From assembly GCA_965237805.1 (NCBI GenBank), contig OZ250153.1, positions 320,001-384,000 of the forward strand: 64,000 bases of DNA. The letters are read 5' to 3'. Below are positions 1-9,962 of this stretch, piece after piece (the first letter of the stretch is position 1; each line of letters begins with the position of its first letter). The position numbers were made by a program, and so were the translations under genes. The notes under the pieces are model-generated. The model made no database searches, had not been told where the DNA came from, and saw only the letters and a program-made list of their open reading frames with translations. Source of the stretch: Gammaproteobacteria bacterium (GTDB taxonomy: Bacteria; Pseudomonadota; Gammaproteobacteria; JABABF01).

Positions 1-1038
1 GGTTGCCGCCCAGTCCAGCGGCACCCGCTCCCGCGTCCTTTCCTGCAACGCCTCGCGATACGCCGACACCGCCTCCTCCAACCGCTCCGACGCCCCCTCC
101 CTTGACCCCAGCTCGCTCAGCGCAACGCCCAAATTGTTCTGGGTTGCCGCCCAGTCCAGCGGCACCCGCTCCCGCGTCCTTTCCTGCAACGCCTCGCGAT
201 ACGCCGACACCGCCTCCTCCAACCGCTCCGACGCCCCCTCCCTTGACCCCAGCTCGCTCAGCGCAACGCCCAAATTGTTCTGGGTTGCCGCCCAGTCCAG
301 CGGCACCCGCTCCCGCGTCCTTTCCTGCAACGCCTCGCGATACGCCGACACCGCCTCCTCCAACCGCTCCGACGCCCCCTCCCTTGACCCCAGCTCGCTC
401 AGCGCAACGCCCAAATTGTTCTGGGTTGCCGCCCATTTCAGCGGCACCCGCTCCCGCGTCCTTTCCTGCAACGCCTCGCGATACGCCGACACCGCATCCT
501 CCAACCGCTCCGACGCCCCCTCCCTTGACCCCAGCTCGCTCAGCGCATTGCCCAAATTGTTCTGGGTTGCCGCCCAGTCCAGCGGCACCCGCTCCCGCGT
601 CCTTTCCTGCAACGCCTCGCGATACGCCGACACCGCATCCTCCAACCGCCCCGACGCTCCCTCCCTTGACCCCAGCTCGATCAGCGCAACGCCCAAATTG
701 TTCTGGGTTGCCGCCCAGTCCAGCGGCACCCGCTCCCGCGTGCATTCCTGCAACGCCTCGCGATACGCCGACACCGCCTCCTCCAACCGCTCCGACACCC
801 CCTCCCTTGACCCCAGCTCGATCAGCGCATTGCCCAAATTGTTCTGAGTTGCCGCCCATTGCAGCGGCGCCCGCTCCCGCGTGTATTCCTTCAACGCCTC
901 GTGATGCGCCGACACCGCCTCCTCCAACCGCTCCGACGCCCCCTCCCTTGACCCCAGCTCTCTCAGCGCAACGCCCAAATTGTTCTGGGTTGCCGCCCAT
1001 TTCAGCGGCACCCGCTCCCGCGTCCTTTCCTGCAACGC
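1..1038. repeat. Tandem repeat, 141-bp unit, about 7.3 copies (coding TPR array)
   Basis: Units start at 1, 142, 283, 424, 565, 706, 847 and 988. The three units at 1-423 are essentially identical, and later units carry a few substitutions. Confidence 0.97.
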
Positions 1039-1452
1039 TTTGCGGTAATATTGTTCTGCTTTTTTGAGGAAAGAAGCATCTGCTCGCAACGAGCCAAGTC
1101 TCAGGCAAGCATCGCCTAATCCATGTGCTGCAGACGCATCGCCATCCACACCAGACACAAGGCGCTCCATAGCTGTGATGGCTGCTTGCAATTTTTTTGC
1201 CAATAAATGACCTTGCTTATCAGTTTGAGGCTGAATACGAGATAGCGCCACCATCACTAACTGCTGCTTTACATCTGCTGTGAAGCCGGATTCTGCTGGG
1301 AAGTATTGATCCTGCACACTTAATGTGAAAGGTTGTCTGTCCAAGGCATCATCAGCACCTGTTGCCGCTAAGTTAGCACCTGTTCTCGCTAGGAACGCCA
1401 GCTGGTATGCCGCCTTACCATTATCCGCATCAACGAGCTTCCCTACCACCAA
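1..1452 (-). CDS. TPR-repeat protein, repeat-containing part; runs off the window start; not in the ORF track
   Basis: Hand translation shows an open minus-strand frame from about 1452 to 1: LVVGKLVDADNGKAAYQ...KKAEQYYRKALQERTRERVPLKWAAT, then 7 copies of a 47-aa unit QNNLGVALSELGSREGASERLEEAVSAYREALQERTRERVPLDWAAT with the TPR-like NNLG..L / A...Y..AL pattern. Confidence 0.9.
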   Translation of the reverse strand, partial: MVVGKLVDADNGKAAYQLAFLARTGANLAATGADDALDRQPFTLSVQDQYFPAESGFTADVKQQLVMVALSRIQPQTDKQGHLLAKKLQAAITAMERLVSGVDGDASAAHGLGDACLRLGSLRADASFLKKAEQYYRKALQERTRERVPLKWAATQNNLGVALRELGSREGASERLEEAVSAHHEALKEYTRERAPLQWAATQNNLGNALIELGSREGVSERLEEAVSAYREALQECTRERVPLDWAATQNNLGVALIELGSREGASGRLEDAVSAYREALQERTRERVPLDWAATQNNLGNALSELGSREGASERLEDAVSAYREALQERTRERVPLKWAATQNNLGVALSELGSREGASERLEEAVSAYREALQERTRERVPLDWAATQNNLGVALSELGSREGASERLEEAVSAYREALQERTRERVPLDWAATQNNLGVALSELGSREGASERLEEAVSAYREALQERTRERVPLDWAAT

Positions 1453-1832
1453 AAATCCGCATGCCAACGCTCCAAGAGTGAAAATCCACTCTTCTGTTCG
1501 GCAGCGATAACATCAGAACGGGAAGCTCCAACCCGCCGCACCAATTTCGCTGATCTGTAATGTTCGTGTGGAGCTAATATGGGGTCATCAAAAGCCTCGT
1601 TGAGGCGCTTACCGCCCTCCCCTTGGTAATCATTGTCCAGCCAAGCCACCACTATCCGAAAACAGGATTCATCTTGTCCCCTAGGTGGAAAACCATGCCT
1701 CTTGTTTTCCCACCATAATAAACATCGCTGTGGGGAGACAATGATTATTTTCAACAATCCCGCCATCCACGATGCCGCAAAGATAGCCACAGCGCCCAGC
1801 ATCCATGTGCCCATCATGCAACCATCCGCCAA
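1443..1832 (-). CDS. N-terminal, membrane-anchored part of the TPR protein, separated by a 1-base frameshift at the A5 run 1451-1455
   Basis: Hydrophobic N-terminus (MLGAVAIFAASWMAGLLKIIIV). Adding one T on the coding strand turns HADFWW* into HADFLVVGK..., continuous with the TPR frame. Confidence 0.65.
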   Translation of the reverse strand: MADGCMMGTWMLGAVAIFAASWMAGLLKIIIVSPQRCLLWWENKRHGFPPRGQDESCFRIVVAWLDNDYQGEGGKRLNEAFDDPILAPHEHYRSAKLVRRVGASRSDVIAAEQKSGFSLLERWHADFWW

Positions 1833-1933
1833 TCTACAGACGACCCTTTTGAGATCTGATCATCCATCCGTCTAATCCCCAAGTGCCACGCTCCGTTATA
1901 GAGTGGCTCTCCCAACCACACACCCCAGAAAAC

Positions 1934-3696
1934 CTACCCCACCTCCTCCACCCACTCCAACACCAGCTGCAACCTTTCCTCCCCCGAAACTCGTTCAGAT
2001 CCAGTTGATAGGCTGCCCGTAATCGTTGCGGAAATTGCTTGCCGTTCAGGCCGCGTTCGGCGGCTCTAAACAGCACTCCCTCCACCACTGGCCCGCCTGC
2101 CTCGGGCTCTAAACTCAGACGAAAATGCTCGCCTTTCTGCCCCAACGCTCGGCTGCGCAAGACACGAAAACAACCGTCGAATACCGGTTCGGGAAAGCGC
2201 TGCCCCCACGGTCCGGCGTAACGCAGTTGCCGTGCGGTCTCCAAATTAAATGCACTCGCTGTCAATTCGCCATCGCTCCACACCACCGCACGCAGGTCAT
2301 CGGCATCCAAATGTCGCCGTGCCACGGCGTCGAAGGCGGCTTCGAAATGCGCCAATCCGGCGTGCTCCATCGTCAGCCCCGCCGCCGCAGCGTGGCCGCC
2401 GAAACGCTGCATCAACCCCGGCTGCAAGACATCGATTTCGGCCAGCGCATCGCGCAGATGGAAGCCGGGGATGGAGCGTCCGGAACCGCGCAACAGGCCG
2501 CCATCCACCGGGGCCAACACGAATACCGGCCGGTGGTGACGCTCTTTCAGCCTAGCAGCTAACAAGCCGATAACGCCGGCGTGGAAGTCGTCGCGGCACA
2601 GGCACAAACCCCATGGCAACGCAGCTCCCTGCTGCTGCTCGGCGCGCTCTAAGGCGGCCAGCGCTCTCTGCGCCTCGCGTTGCATCCCCGCCTCGATGCG
2701 GCGGCGGCGCTGGTTCAGCCCGCGCAGGCGGGTGGCGATTTCGCGCGCCGCCGATAGCTCCGTGCTCAGCAAACAGTCGATGCCAATGCCGATGTCGTCC
2801 AGTCGCCCGGCGGCGTTCAGCAGCGGTGCCACGCCGAAGGACAAATCGCTGGCCACTACCCGACCCGGTAGCCTCCCGCCGATGCGCAGCAGCTCGTCGA
2901 TGCCGGGGCGGGCACGGCCAGCGCGGATGCGTTGCAGGCCCTGATGCACCAAGATGCGGTTGGCTTGCTCCAGCGGCACCATGTCGGCCACGGTGCCAAC
3001 CGCCACCAAGTCCAAATAGTCGGTCATGGCTGGCTCGACCCGGTCGGCGGTGAAATGCTCGCGACGCCGCAGGCGCGCGCGCAACGCAGCCATCAAGTAG
3101 AAAGCCACACCGACACCGGCCAAGCTTTTAGCAGGGAATGGACAGCCCGGCTGGTTGGGGTTGATGATGGCGGCCGCTGTCGGCAACTCGGGACCGGCGA
3201 GGTGGTGGTCGGTGATGACCAGCGATACGCCCGCAGTGGCGAGCTGCGCTGCCGCATCGACGGCGGTGATGCCGTTGTCCACCGTGATGACGAGATCCGG
3301 GTTGCGCGCTAATAGCCGCGGCAGCACTTCCGGACACAGCCCGTAGCCGTCGGAGAAGCGATTGGGCACCATGTACTCCACCGCCTCGGCCCCGAACGCA
3401 CGCAGCGCCGACACCACCAACGTACAGGCGGTGGCACCGTCGGCATCGTAGTCACCCAGCACCAAGATGCGTCGCCCCGCGCGCAGCGCCTCGTCCAATA
3501 CGGCGGCTCCATCGTCTAGACCGAGCATCTCTGGTGCGGGCAGTTCGCTCAACTCACAGCTGAGCTCGGCGTCACTGCAGATGCCTCGGCGGTGGTAGAG
3601 CTCGCGCAACAGGGGTGGCAGCTGTGCCCCCCAAGCGGTGGCATCCACCCCGGTGGGCTGGTCGCGACGGCAGATGACCGAGGCCTTAGACATCAC
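1934..3696 (-). CDS. recJ: Single-stranded DNA exonuclease RecJ
   Basis: Motifs GDYDADG, TVDNGI, TDHH, GRLDD, GSGRS, FGGHAAAAG. The true end is probably NEFRGEERLQLVLEWVEEVG* (stop 1934-1936) once one missing G is restored at 1981-1985. The ORF track extends it to 1834. Confidence 0.95.
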
Positions 3697-5117
3697 GGCG
3701 ACTCGGCGGCCTCTACACGCTCGCGGATGCAGCGGCGCACCGCATCCAGCTCGGCTGGTAACTCGATCAGCCTCTCCTCGCGCCCGGACAACGCGGCCAA
3801 GGCTGGCGGCAGCGGCGGTGCCTCACCGATGGCGCGCTCCAAAGCCTCGCTGAACTTGCCGGGATGGGCGGTGGCCAAGCTGACCAAGGGCAGACCGTCG
3901 ATGCGCTGGCGGCGACCAGCGGCCAGCGCAATGGCGCTGTGCGGATCGAGCAGATAAGCCTGTGTGCGCCAAACTTCGGCGAGGGTCTGACACATCTCCT
4001 CATCGTCGATGGCGGCGCTGGCGAAGGACTCCTTGGCTCGCGCCAGCATCCCCGACGGCACATCGATGCTACCGTCGCGCTGGAAGTGCGCCATCCAGTC
4101 GGCCACAGCCGCTCCGTCGCGCCCACAGAGGTCAAAGAGCAGACGCTCGAAATTGCTGGCCACGGCGATATCCATGCTCGGTGACAGGGTGCGCTGCACT
4201 TTGCCGCGCTGGTAGCGACCGGTCTGGAAGAAGCCATGCAGCACCGCATTGCTGTTGGTGCCGACGATGAGCCGCCGCACCGGCAAGCCCATGCGGCGCG
4301 CCAAGTAACCGGCAAAGATGTCGCCAAAGTTGCCAGTCGGCACCGAGAAGATCAGTCCCTCAGCCGGGGCACCCAAATCGATCCAAGCCGAGAAGTAATA
4401 GGGTATCTGAGCCATGATACGCGCCCAATTGATGGAATTGGCCGCCACCAAGCGATGCCCGGACGGCACGAAGCCAGCATCGGAAAAGCAGGCTTTGACG
4501 ATGGCTTGACAGTCATCGAAGGTGCCGGCCATCGCGAGGTTGTGGACATTGGCACCGGGGGCTGTCGTCATCTGTAGGCGCTGCATCTCCGAGACGCGCC
4601 CAACGGGGTGCAGGATAAAAATCTGGGTGCGGGGGCTGTGGCGGCAACCTTCGATGGCAGCCGAGCCGGTGTCGCCGGAAGTGGCTCCCAAGACCACCGC
4701 GTGCTCGTCTCGGGCCCGCAATTCGCGATCCAGCAGGCGGCCGATGAACTGCAGGGCGTAATCCTTGAATGACAGGGTGGGGCCGTGGAACAGCTCGAGA
4801 ATATGCTCGCCACCGTCGAGGGCGCGCAGTGGCGCGACCTGCGGGTCGCTGAAATGCTCGTAGCTAGCGCGCAATAGCTCGCGCAGTTCATCCCCCGACA
4901 CCGCATCGCCGAGAAAGGGTTCGATCAGACGTGCCGCCCGCTCTGCATAATCGCAATCGCCCCAGCGAGCCAGCTCGGCCAAGTCCAGCTCGGGCAAGCG
5001 ATCTGGCACATAGAGGCCGCCGTCCGGGGCGAGGCCGGTCAGCAGCACCTCGCTAAAAGTCGTCGCAGGCGCCGCGCCGCGCGTACTCAGATAACGCAAT
5101 ACCGGGGTAGCACTCAT
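3693..5117 (-). CDS. thrC: Threonine synthase
   Basis: YLSTRG, GLAPDGGLYVP, ELFHGPTLSFKD (PLP lysine), GATSGDTGSAA, NSINWARI, VPTGNFG. Confidence 0.97.
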   Translation of the reverse strand: MSATPVLRYLSTRGAAPATTFSEVLLTGLAPDGGLYVPDRLPELDLAELARWGDCDYAERAARLIEPFLGDAVSGDELRELLRASYEHFSDPQVAPLRALDGGEHILELFHGPTLSFKDYALQFIGRLLDRELRARDEHAVVLGATSGDTGSAAIEGCRHSPRTQIFILHPVGRVSEMQRLQMTTAPGANVHNLAMAGTFDDCQAIVKACFSDAGFVPSGHRLVAANSINWARIMAQIPYYFSAWIDLGAPAEGLIFSVPTGNFGDIFAGYLARRMGLPVRRLIVGTNSNAVLHGFFQTGRYQRGKVQRTLSPSMDIAVASNFERLLFDLCGRDGAAVADWMAHFQRDGSIDVPSGMLARAKESFASAAIDDEEMCQTLAEVWRTQAYLLDPHSAIALAAGRRQRIDGLPLVSLATAHPGKFSEALERAIGEAPPLPPALAALSGREERLIELPAELDAVRRCIRERVEAAESP

Positions 5118-6406
5118 GAAGCCGCCGCCCATGAATGCAATTCCTCTGCGCCCGCCTCGATGCGCAGGCAGCGCGAATCGAGTGCCGCAAAGCGAGCACC
5201 CAAATGCTCGGCCATCATGGCCCGCAACGCCTCGGCCTCAGTGTCTTGGCACGGGCGCAACAGCACTGCTACGGTGTCGTCACCGACGACTCTCGGAGCG
5301 GTCATGGCGACATCGGCAGGCAGTTGCCCAACCAGCTGAGCACAGAGCTCGGCCAGATCGACGCCGTCGGCGGCACACCACAGGCACTGTGGGCGCGGCG
5401 GCGGTGGCAACACGCGTAGCACAGCGTCCAGCGGCGGCAGTGGTGGCGCGCTGCTACCAGTGCAGAGATCCACCAGATCTGCCAACACCGCCGAGGCGGT
5501 GGCTTCGCCGCCAGCACCCGCCCCACAGCAGATCAACTCACCGACCAAGTCGCCGCGCAACAACACGACATTCTCGGTATCATCGGCGGCGGCGGCGAGG
5601 CGCACGATGGACTCGCTACCCCACAGCGGCAACAGCGCTGGAAATACCCCCATCACCACCCCCTGCTCGACGCGCTCGGCGATCGCCAATGGACGCAGGC
5701 GGCATTCCAACGCCTCGGCGACGGCGAAGTCGCGCGCGCTCAGCGCAACGATGCCGCGCCGTTGCGGCAAGGGGACATCCAGCGCCGTGCCAAAGGCTAA
5801 ACGAGCGAGGATGCGCAGCTTGTCGGCGGCATCGCTACCGTCTACATCCAGCGTCGGGTCGCGCTCGGCATAGCCCAGCTGCTGTGCCATTGCCACCGCC
5901 TCGTCATGGCCACAGAGCTTGCGCCGACGCTCACTCAACACAAAGTTACTGGTGCCATTGAGGATGCCGATGACAGCCTCGACGCGGTTGGCCACCAAGC
6001 CCTCTCGCAACAGCTTGATCACTGGCATACCACTGGCCACGGCCGCCTCGAAGCGCAACGCCACCCCAGTGCTGGCGGCACTGGCGAACAGCGCCTCACC
6101 GCTAGCCGACAACAGCGCCTTGTTCGCTGTCACCACATGTTTGCCAGCGGCGATGGCCGCAGCGATAAGCTCAGCGGCATCCCCGGTGCCTCCGAACAGT
6201 TCGACCACGACCTGCACATTGGGGTCAGCCACCAACTCTGCTGGCCGTTCACTGAAACACAACCCGGACAAATCGTGCCCCCGGGAGTGACGGGCGGCGA
6301 CGGCGCGCAAGACCAAACCCGGCGGGCAATCACCACCGCGCAGACGGCGCAACACGGCACTGCCGACAGTGCCGAGGCCGCATAGGCCGATGCCTAAAGT
6401 CGCCAT
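5114..6406 (-). CDS. hom: Homoserine dehydrogenase
   Basis: GLCGLGTVG, HVVTANKALL, FEAAVASGMP, GILNGTSNF, GYAERDP, GAGGEATASAV; lies directly upstream of thrC. Confidence 0.93.
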   Translation of the reverse strand: MATLGIGLCGLGTVGSAVLRRLRGGDCPPGLVLRAVAARHSRGHDLSGLCFSERPAELVADPNVQVVVELFGGTGDAAELIAAAIAAGKHVVTANKALLSASGEALFASAASTGVALRFEAAVASGMPVIKLLREGLVANRVEAVIGILNGTSNFVLSERRRKLCGHDEAVAMAQQLGYAERDPTLDVDGSDAADKLRILARLAFGTALDVPLPQRRGIVALSARDFAVAEALECRLRPLAIAERVEQGVVMGVFPALLPLWGSESIVRLAAAADDTENVVLLRGDLVGELICCGAGAGGEATASAVLADLVDLCTGSSAPPLPPLDAVLRVLPPPPRPQCLWCAADGVDLAELCAQLVGQLPADVAMTAPRVVGDDTVAVLLRPCQDTEAEALRAMMAEHLGARFAALDSRCLRIEAGAEELHSWAAAS

Positions 6407-6416
6407 CAAAGTGGCA

Positions 6417-7244
6417 TTAGGGGCGCGAGGCCTCCGTCTGGCTTTGCGCCAGCATCGCTGCCATTTCAGCAGCGGGCACATAGCCGGGCACCACACGCCC
6501 GCTCTCCAACACCAGCGCCGGGGTGCCAGTGACACCGAGCTGCTCTCCCAACTGGAACTGCCGAGCCACCATCTGCCGATCACAGTCCTTGCGTTGCGGC
6601 ACATCAGCGATGGCAAGCTGATTGGCCTTGAGCCCGGTCAAGGCAGCCGTGGGATCCTTGGCGCACCAAGCGGCCACCGCCTTGGCGTGGGCTTTGGAGT
6701 CGAGGCCAGCACGCGGAAAGGCCAAGTAACTCACGGCAATACCGAGTTCGTTCAGCTGCGACATCTCACGGTGCAACAGTCGACAGTAACCACAATCGAT
6801 GTCGGTAAAGACCACGACTTCGTGCTTGACTTTGGCCGGACTGTAGCGAATATATTCGGCAGCCGGCACCCCGCTCAGCAAATTGCGCACCCAGCCCTGC
6901 CGGTGCTGGGCACTCAGATCTCTCACGCGCCCGTTGTCCAAGGCGAACATCTGCCCCACCAAGATCCGCGTGCCCTCGCGGTTGATATAGAGCCAGTTGC
7001 CATCTTCGGTAATGCCCTCGTAGAGGCCGAGCAACTCGCTGGGACGCAGCTGCTGCAGGCGCATCTCTGGCAGCGAGCGCTGCAGCTTGACCCGTAGCTG
7101 GGCACTCTCGTCGGCAGGCTGCTGAGCGATGGGCTCTGCCGACTGTGCCGATGCCGACGAAGCGAGCGACGACGCCACGATCAGACTGAGCGCCGTCAGT
7201 GTCAGCGCTGTGGCGCGGCCGATGACAAGAGCTAGGGCAAACAT
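6417..7244 (-). CDS. dsbC: Thiol:disulfide isomerase DsbC
   Basis: Signal peptide, FTDIDCGYC, AFPRAG, GVTGTPA; xerD-dsbC synteny. Confidence 0.93.
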   Translation of the reverse strand: MFALALVIGRATALTLTALSLIVASSLASSASAQSAEPIAQQPADESAQLRVKLQRSLPEMRLQQLRPSELLGLYEGITEDGNWLYINREGTRILVGQMFALDNGRVRDLSAQHRQGWVRNLLSGVPAAEYIRYSPAKVKHEVVVFTDIDCGYCRLLHREMSQLNELGIAVSYLAFPRAGLDSKAHAKAVAAWCAKDPTAALTGLKANQLAIADVPQRKDCDRQMVARQFQLGEQLGVTGTPALVLESGRVVPGYVPAAEMAAMLAQSQTEASRP

Positions 7245-7254
7245 CGTGCACACC

Positions 7255-8166
7255 TCAGCCGCGGGGGTGGTGTTGTGCGTGCAACTCGCGCAAACGATGG
7301 CGCGCGACATGAGTATAAATCTGCGTCGTGCCGAGGTCGCGGTGTCCCAACAGCAATTGCACCACGCGCAAGTCGGCACCGTGATCCAACAGATGGGTGG
7401 CAAAGGAGTGGCGCAACGCATGGGGCGAAGGCAGCTGGCGCATGCCAATGCGCCGTGCGTACAGGCGCAGGCGGTACCAAAAAGCCTGGCGCGTCAGTGG
7501 CCGACCACTGCAACCGGGGAATAAGAACTGCCCGCCCCCACGGGCGATGCGCTCGCCGGATTCCTCCAGGTAGCGACGCAACCAGCGCAGGGCTTCCTCG
7601 CCGACCGGGACGATGCGCTCGCGCCGCCCCTTGCCAATCACGCGCACCAAGCCGCGATCGACATCGAGGCTGGCGAAACGCAAGCCCAACAGTTCGCTGA
7701 TACGCAGGCCGCTGGCGTAGAGCAACTCCAGCATGGCGCGGTCACGCAAGCCGATGGGGGTGTCGCTGTCCGGTGCCGCCAACAGCTGTTCGACTTCCGT
7801 CTCGCTCAAGCTGTGGGGCAAGGGCTGCCCGAGCCGGGGACTCTCGATTTTGGTGGTGGGATTCTCGGCGACGCGCCCTTCACGCAGCAACCAGCCGTAG
7901 AAACTGCGCAACGCCGATAACAGCCGAGCCGCCGAGCGCGCACTGCGGCCAGTGGCTGTGTAGTGATGCAAGTATTCGAGCACTGCAGCGCGGCCGATGG
8001 CATCCAAAACCTCGCCACGACCCTTGAGCCAATTGGAAAAACGACGCAGCTCGCCCTCGTAGGACGACAGCGTGTTATCGCTGAGGCCGCGCTCCTGCCA
8101 CAGTGAGTCCAGCCAATGCTCGATCACACCAGAAGCCATACCCTGCCCCACTGTCTTCATGGCCAA
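7255..8166 (-). CDS. xerD: Tyrosine recombinase XerD (housekeeping)
   Basis: RDRAMLELLYASGLRISEL, HALRHSFATHLLDHGADLRVVQLLLGH, TTQIYTHV, HHPRG; located between rplS and dsbC. Confidence 0.95.
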   Translation of the reverse strand: MAMKTVGQGMASGVIEHWLDSLWQERGLSDNTLSSYEGELRRFSNWLKGRGEVLDAIGRAAVLEYLHHYTATGRSARSAARLLSALRSFYGWLLREGRVAENPTTKIESPRLGQPLPHSLSETEVEQLLAAPDSDTPIGLRDRAMLELLYASGLRISELLGLRFASLDVDRGLVRVIGKGRRERIVPVGEEALRWLRRYLEESGERIARGGGQFLFPGCSGRPLTRQAFWYRLRLYARRIGMRQLPSPHALRHSFATHLLDHGADLRVVQLLLGHRDLGTTQIYTHVARHRLRELHAQHHPRG

Positions 8167-8185
8167 CGACGGGCATCAATTCGCT

Positions 8186-8539
8186 TCAACTCAAGCGCTC
8201 GCGGATGCGGGCGGCCCGGCCGCGCAACTGGCGCAGATAGTACAGCTTGGCACGCCGCACCCGACCGCGACGCTTGACTTCGATGCTGTGCAGCAGAGGA
8301 CTGTGGAGCTGAAAAACGCGCTCGACACCGACACCGTGGGAGATGCGGCGCACGGTGACAGAAGCGTTGAAGTCACGCCGCCGCCTAGCGATGACGACAC
8401 CTTCATAGGCTTGCAGGCGTTCGCGGCTGCCTTCTCGCACCCTCACCTGCACCACGACGGTATCGCCAGGGCCAAAATCCGGCAGATCATCTCGTCGCTG
8501 AGGTGCTTCGATGGCATCGATCAGGGGATGCTTGCTCAT
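8186..8539 (-). CDS. rplS: 50S ribosomal protein L19
   Basis: [38 protein letters not shown]. Confidence 0.98.
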   Translation of the reverse strand: MSKHPLIDAIEAPQRRDDLPDFGPGDTVVVQVRVREGSRERLQAYEGVVIARRRRDFNASVTVRRISHGVGVERVFQLHSPLLHSIEVKRRGRVRRAKLYYLRQLRGRAARIRERLS

Positions 8540-8544
8540 ATTTG

Positions 8545-9315
8545 CTATCCGCGACCGTGCTCGACCACGCCGTGTGCTTCGAATTCAGCCCTATATTCTG
8601 CCAGAAGTTGGCGTTGTTCGCCATCCAGCTCGCGCACGGCCAGTAATTCTGGGCGTCTGCGCCATGTGCGTCCCAGCGACTGCTTCAAGCGCCAACGCCG
8701 CACTGCCTCGTGATCGCCACTCAGTAACACCGGCGGCACCTCCCGCCCGGCGTGGCATTCCGGTCGGGTGTAGTGAGGGGCGTCCAACAGACCACTGGCG
8801 AAAGAATCCTCCGCCGCCGAGCGATCATCCCCCAAAACACCCGGCACATGGCGGGAGATGGCATCAATCACCGCCATCGCCACCAACTCGCCGCCGCTGA
8901 GCACGAAATCGCCAATCGACCATTCCTCGTCGACCTCAGCTTCGATCAGGCGCTCATCGATGCCTTCATAGCGACCACAGAGCAAGATCAGGGGCTGTGC
9001 GTCGCGGGCGATGGCGCTCAGCTCGGCTTGGCCGACGCGCCGCCCCTGCGGTGACAGCCCCACCGTGGGCACCGCCTTGCCCAGCGCCACATGCGCCGCC
9101 GCCAAGGCCGCCGCCAGCGGCGCTGCCTGCAGCACCATGCCGGGGCCACCGCCATAGGGTCGGTCATCGACACGGCGCGACATATTGCCGCTGTAATCAC
9201 GCGGATCCCAGCAGCTCAATTCGATCAAGCCAGCGCGCACGGCGCGACCTGTGACGCCATAGTCCAACACCTCTCGCAACATTTGCGGAAACAGGGTCAC
9301 CACGCCGAAACGCAT
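8545..9315 (-). CDS. trmD: tRNA (guanine-N1)-methyltransferase
   Basis: [46 protein letters not shown]. Confidence 0.97.
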   Translation of the reverse strand: MRFGVVTLFPQMLREVLDYGVTGRAVRAGLIELSCWDPRDYSGNMSRRVDDRPYGGGPGMVLQAAPLAAALAAAHVALGKAVPTVGLSPQGRRVGQAELSAIARDAQPLILLCGRYEGIDERLIEAEVDEEWSIGDFVLSGGELVAMAVIDAISRHVPGVLGDDRSAAEDSFASGLLDAPHYTRPECHAGREVPPVLLSGDHEAVRRWRLKQSLGRTWRRRPELLAVRELDGEQRQLLAEYRAEFEAHGVVEHGRG

Positions 9316-9362
9316 GGGTGCCGGCGACGGTGCGGCGGCAGGAGTGCCATCCGAGGGAGTGT

Positions 9363-9962
9363 TCAAAGTTCTGGCTCCCAGCTCACGAGCAGCCGACCGG
9401 CCCTCAGGTCCACATCGCGCACCACCTCTCCGGGCACCCACGGTAGCAAGCGGCGGCGGCGGTCTAGGCTACCGTCGCAGGGCTGTACTACCAGCACATC
9501 GTTGGCACCAGTAGCGAGCAGGCATTCGACGCGCCCCAGCAGGCAGGAGCCGTCTGCATGCCACACCGCAAGCCCCTCCAATTGGTGCCAGTAGTACTCG
9601 CCAGCCTCCAGCTGCGGCAAGAGCTCTATCGATACCGCCAGCCACTGGCCAGTGTGCCGCCGCGCCAGCTCGCGATCTTCGCAATGTGCGATGCGAGCAA
9701 TCAGCGCACCGTCGGCTCGACGCTTGGCGCTCAGCGATAAGGATTGCCAACAGGCATCGTCGGCGCAGGACTGGCAGCCATGCGCCAGATAACCACCCAA
9801 ACTTTCCGGCGGGTCGGTAAAAGAATGCACCCGCAACCAACCGTGCAGGCCGTAGGGGGCACCCAGCCGCCCGACCACCACATGGCCTGGTGGCGGCGGC
9901 AGGGAATCAGTCCGCTGCCTTGTCTGCGGTGTCGTCGCTGGCGGCATCGGCCGCTTCGCCAT
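9363..9962 (-). CDS. rimM: 16S rRNA processing protein RimM (start uncertain)
   Basis: [39 protein letters not shown]. Confidence 0.93.
   Translation of the reverse strand: MAKRPMPPATTPQTRQRTDSLPPPPGHVVVGRLGAPYGLHGWLRVHSFTDPPESLGGYLAHGCQSCADDACWQSLSLSAKRRADGALIARIAHCEDRELARRHTGQWLAVSIELLPQLEAGEYYWHQLEGLAVWHADGSCLLGRVECLLATGANDVLVVQPCDGSLDRRRRLLPWVPGEVVRDVDLRAGRLLVSWEPEL

Noticed and set aside
1-1038. CRISPR array or DGR template/variable repeat
   Set aside because: The units are contiguous 141-bp in-frame repeats with no unique spacers, substitutions are not adenine-specific, and no cas or reverse transcriptase gene is in the window.
3-1067. Plus-strand 354-aa Pro-rich ORF and 237-aa Ser-rich ORF
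   Set aside because: These are antisense shadows of the minus-strand TPR array, whose translation is a recognisable TPR repeat and continues into non-repeat coding sequence.
1834-1933. Trp-rich C-terminal extension of RecJ
   Set aside because: Explained by one missing G at 1981-1985; the alternative frame gives a canonical ending.
7255-8166. Tyrosine recombinase as the ICE integrase
   Set aside because: Its motifs, length and rplS-xerD-dsbC context identify it as housekeeping XerD, about 30 kb from the T4SS block.
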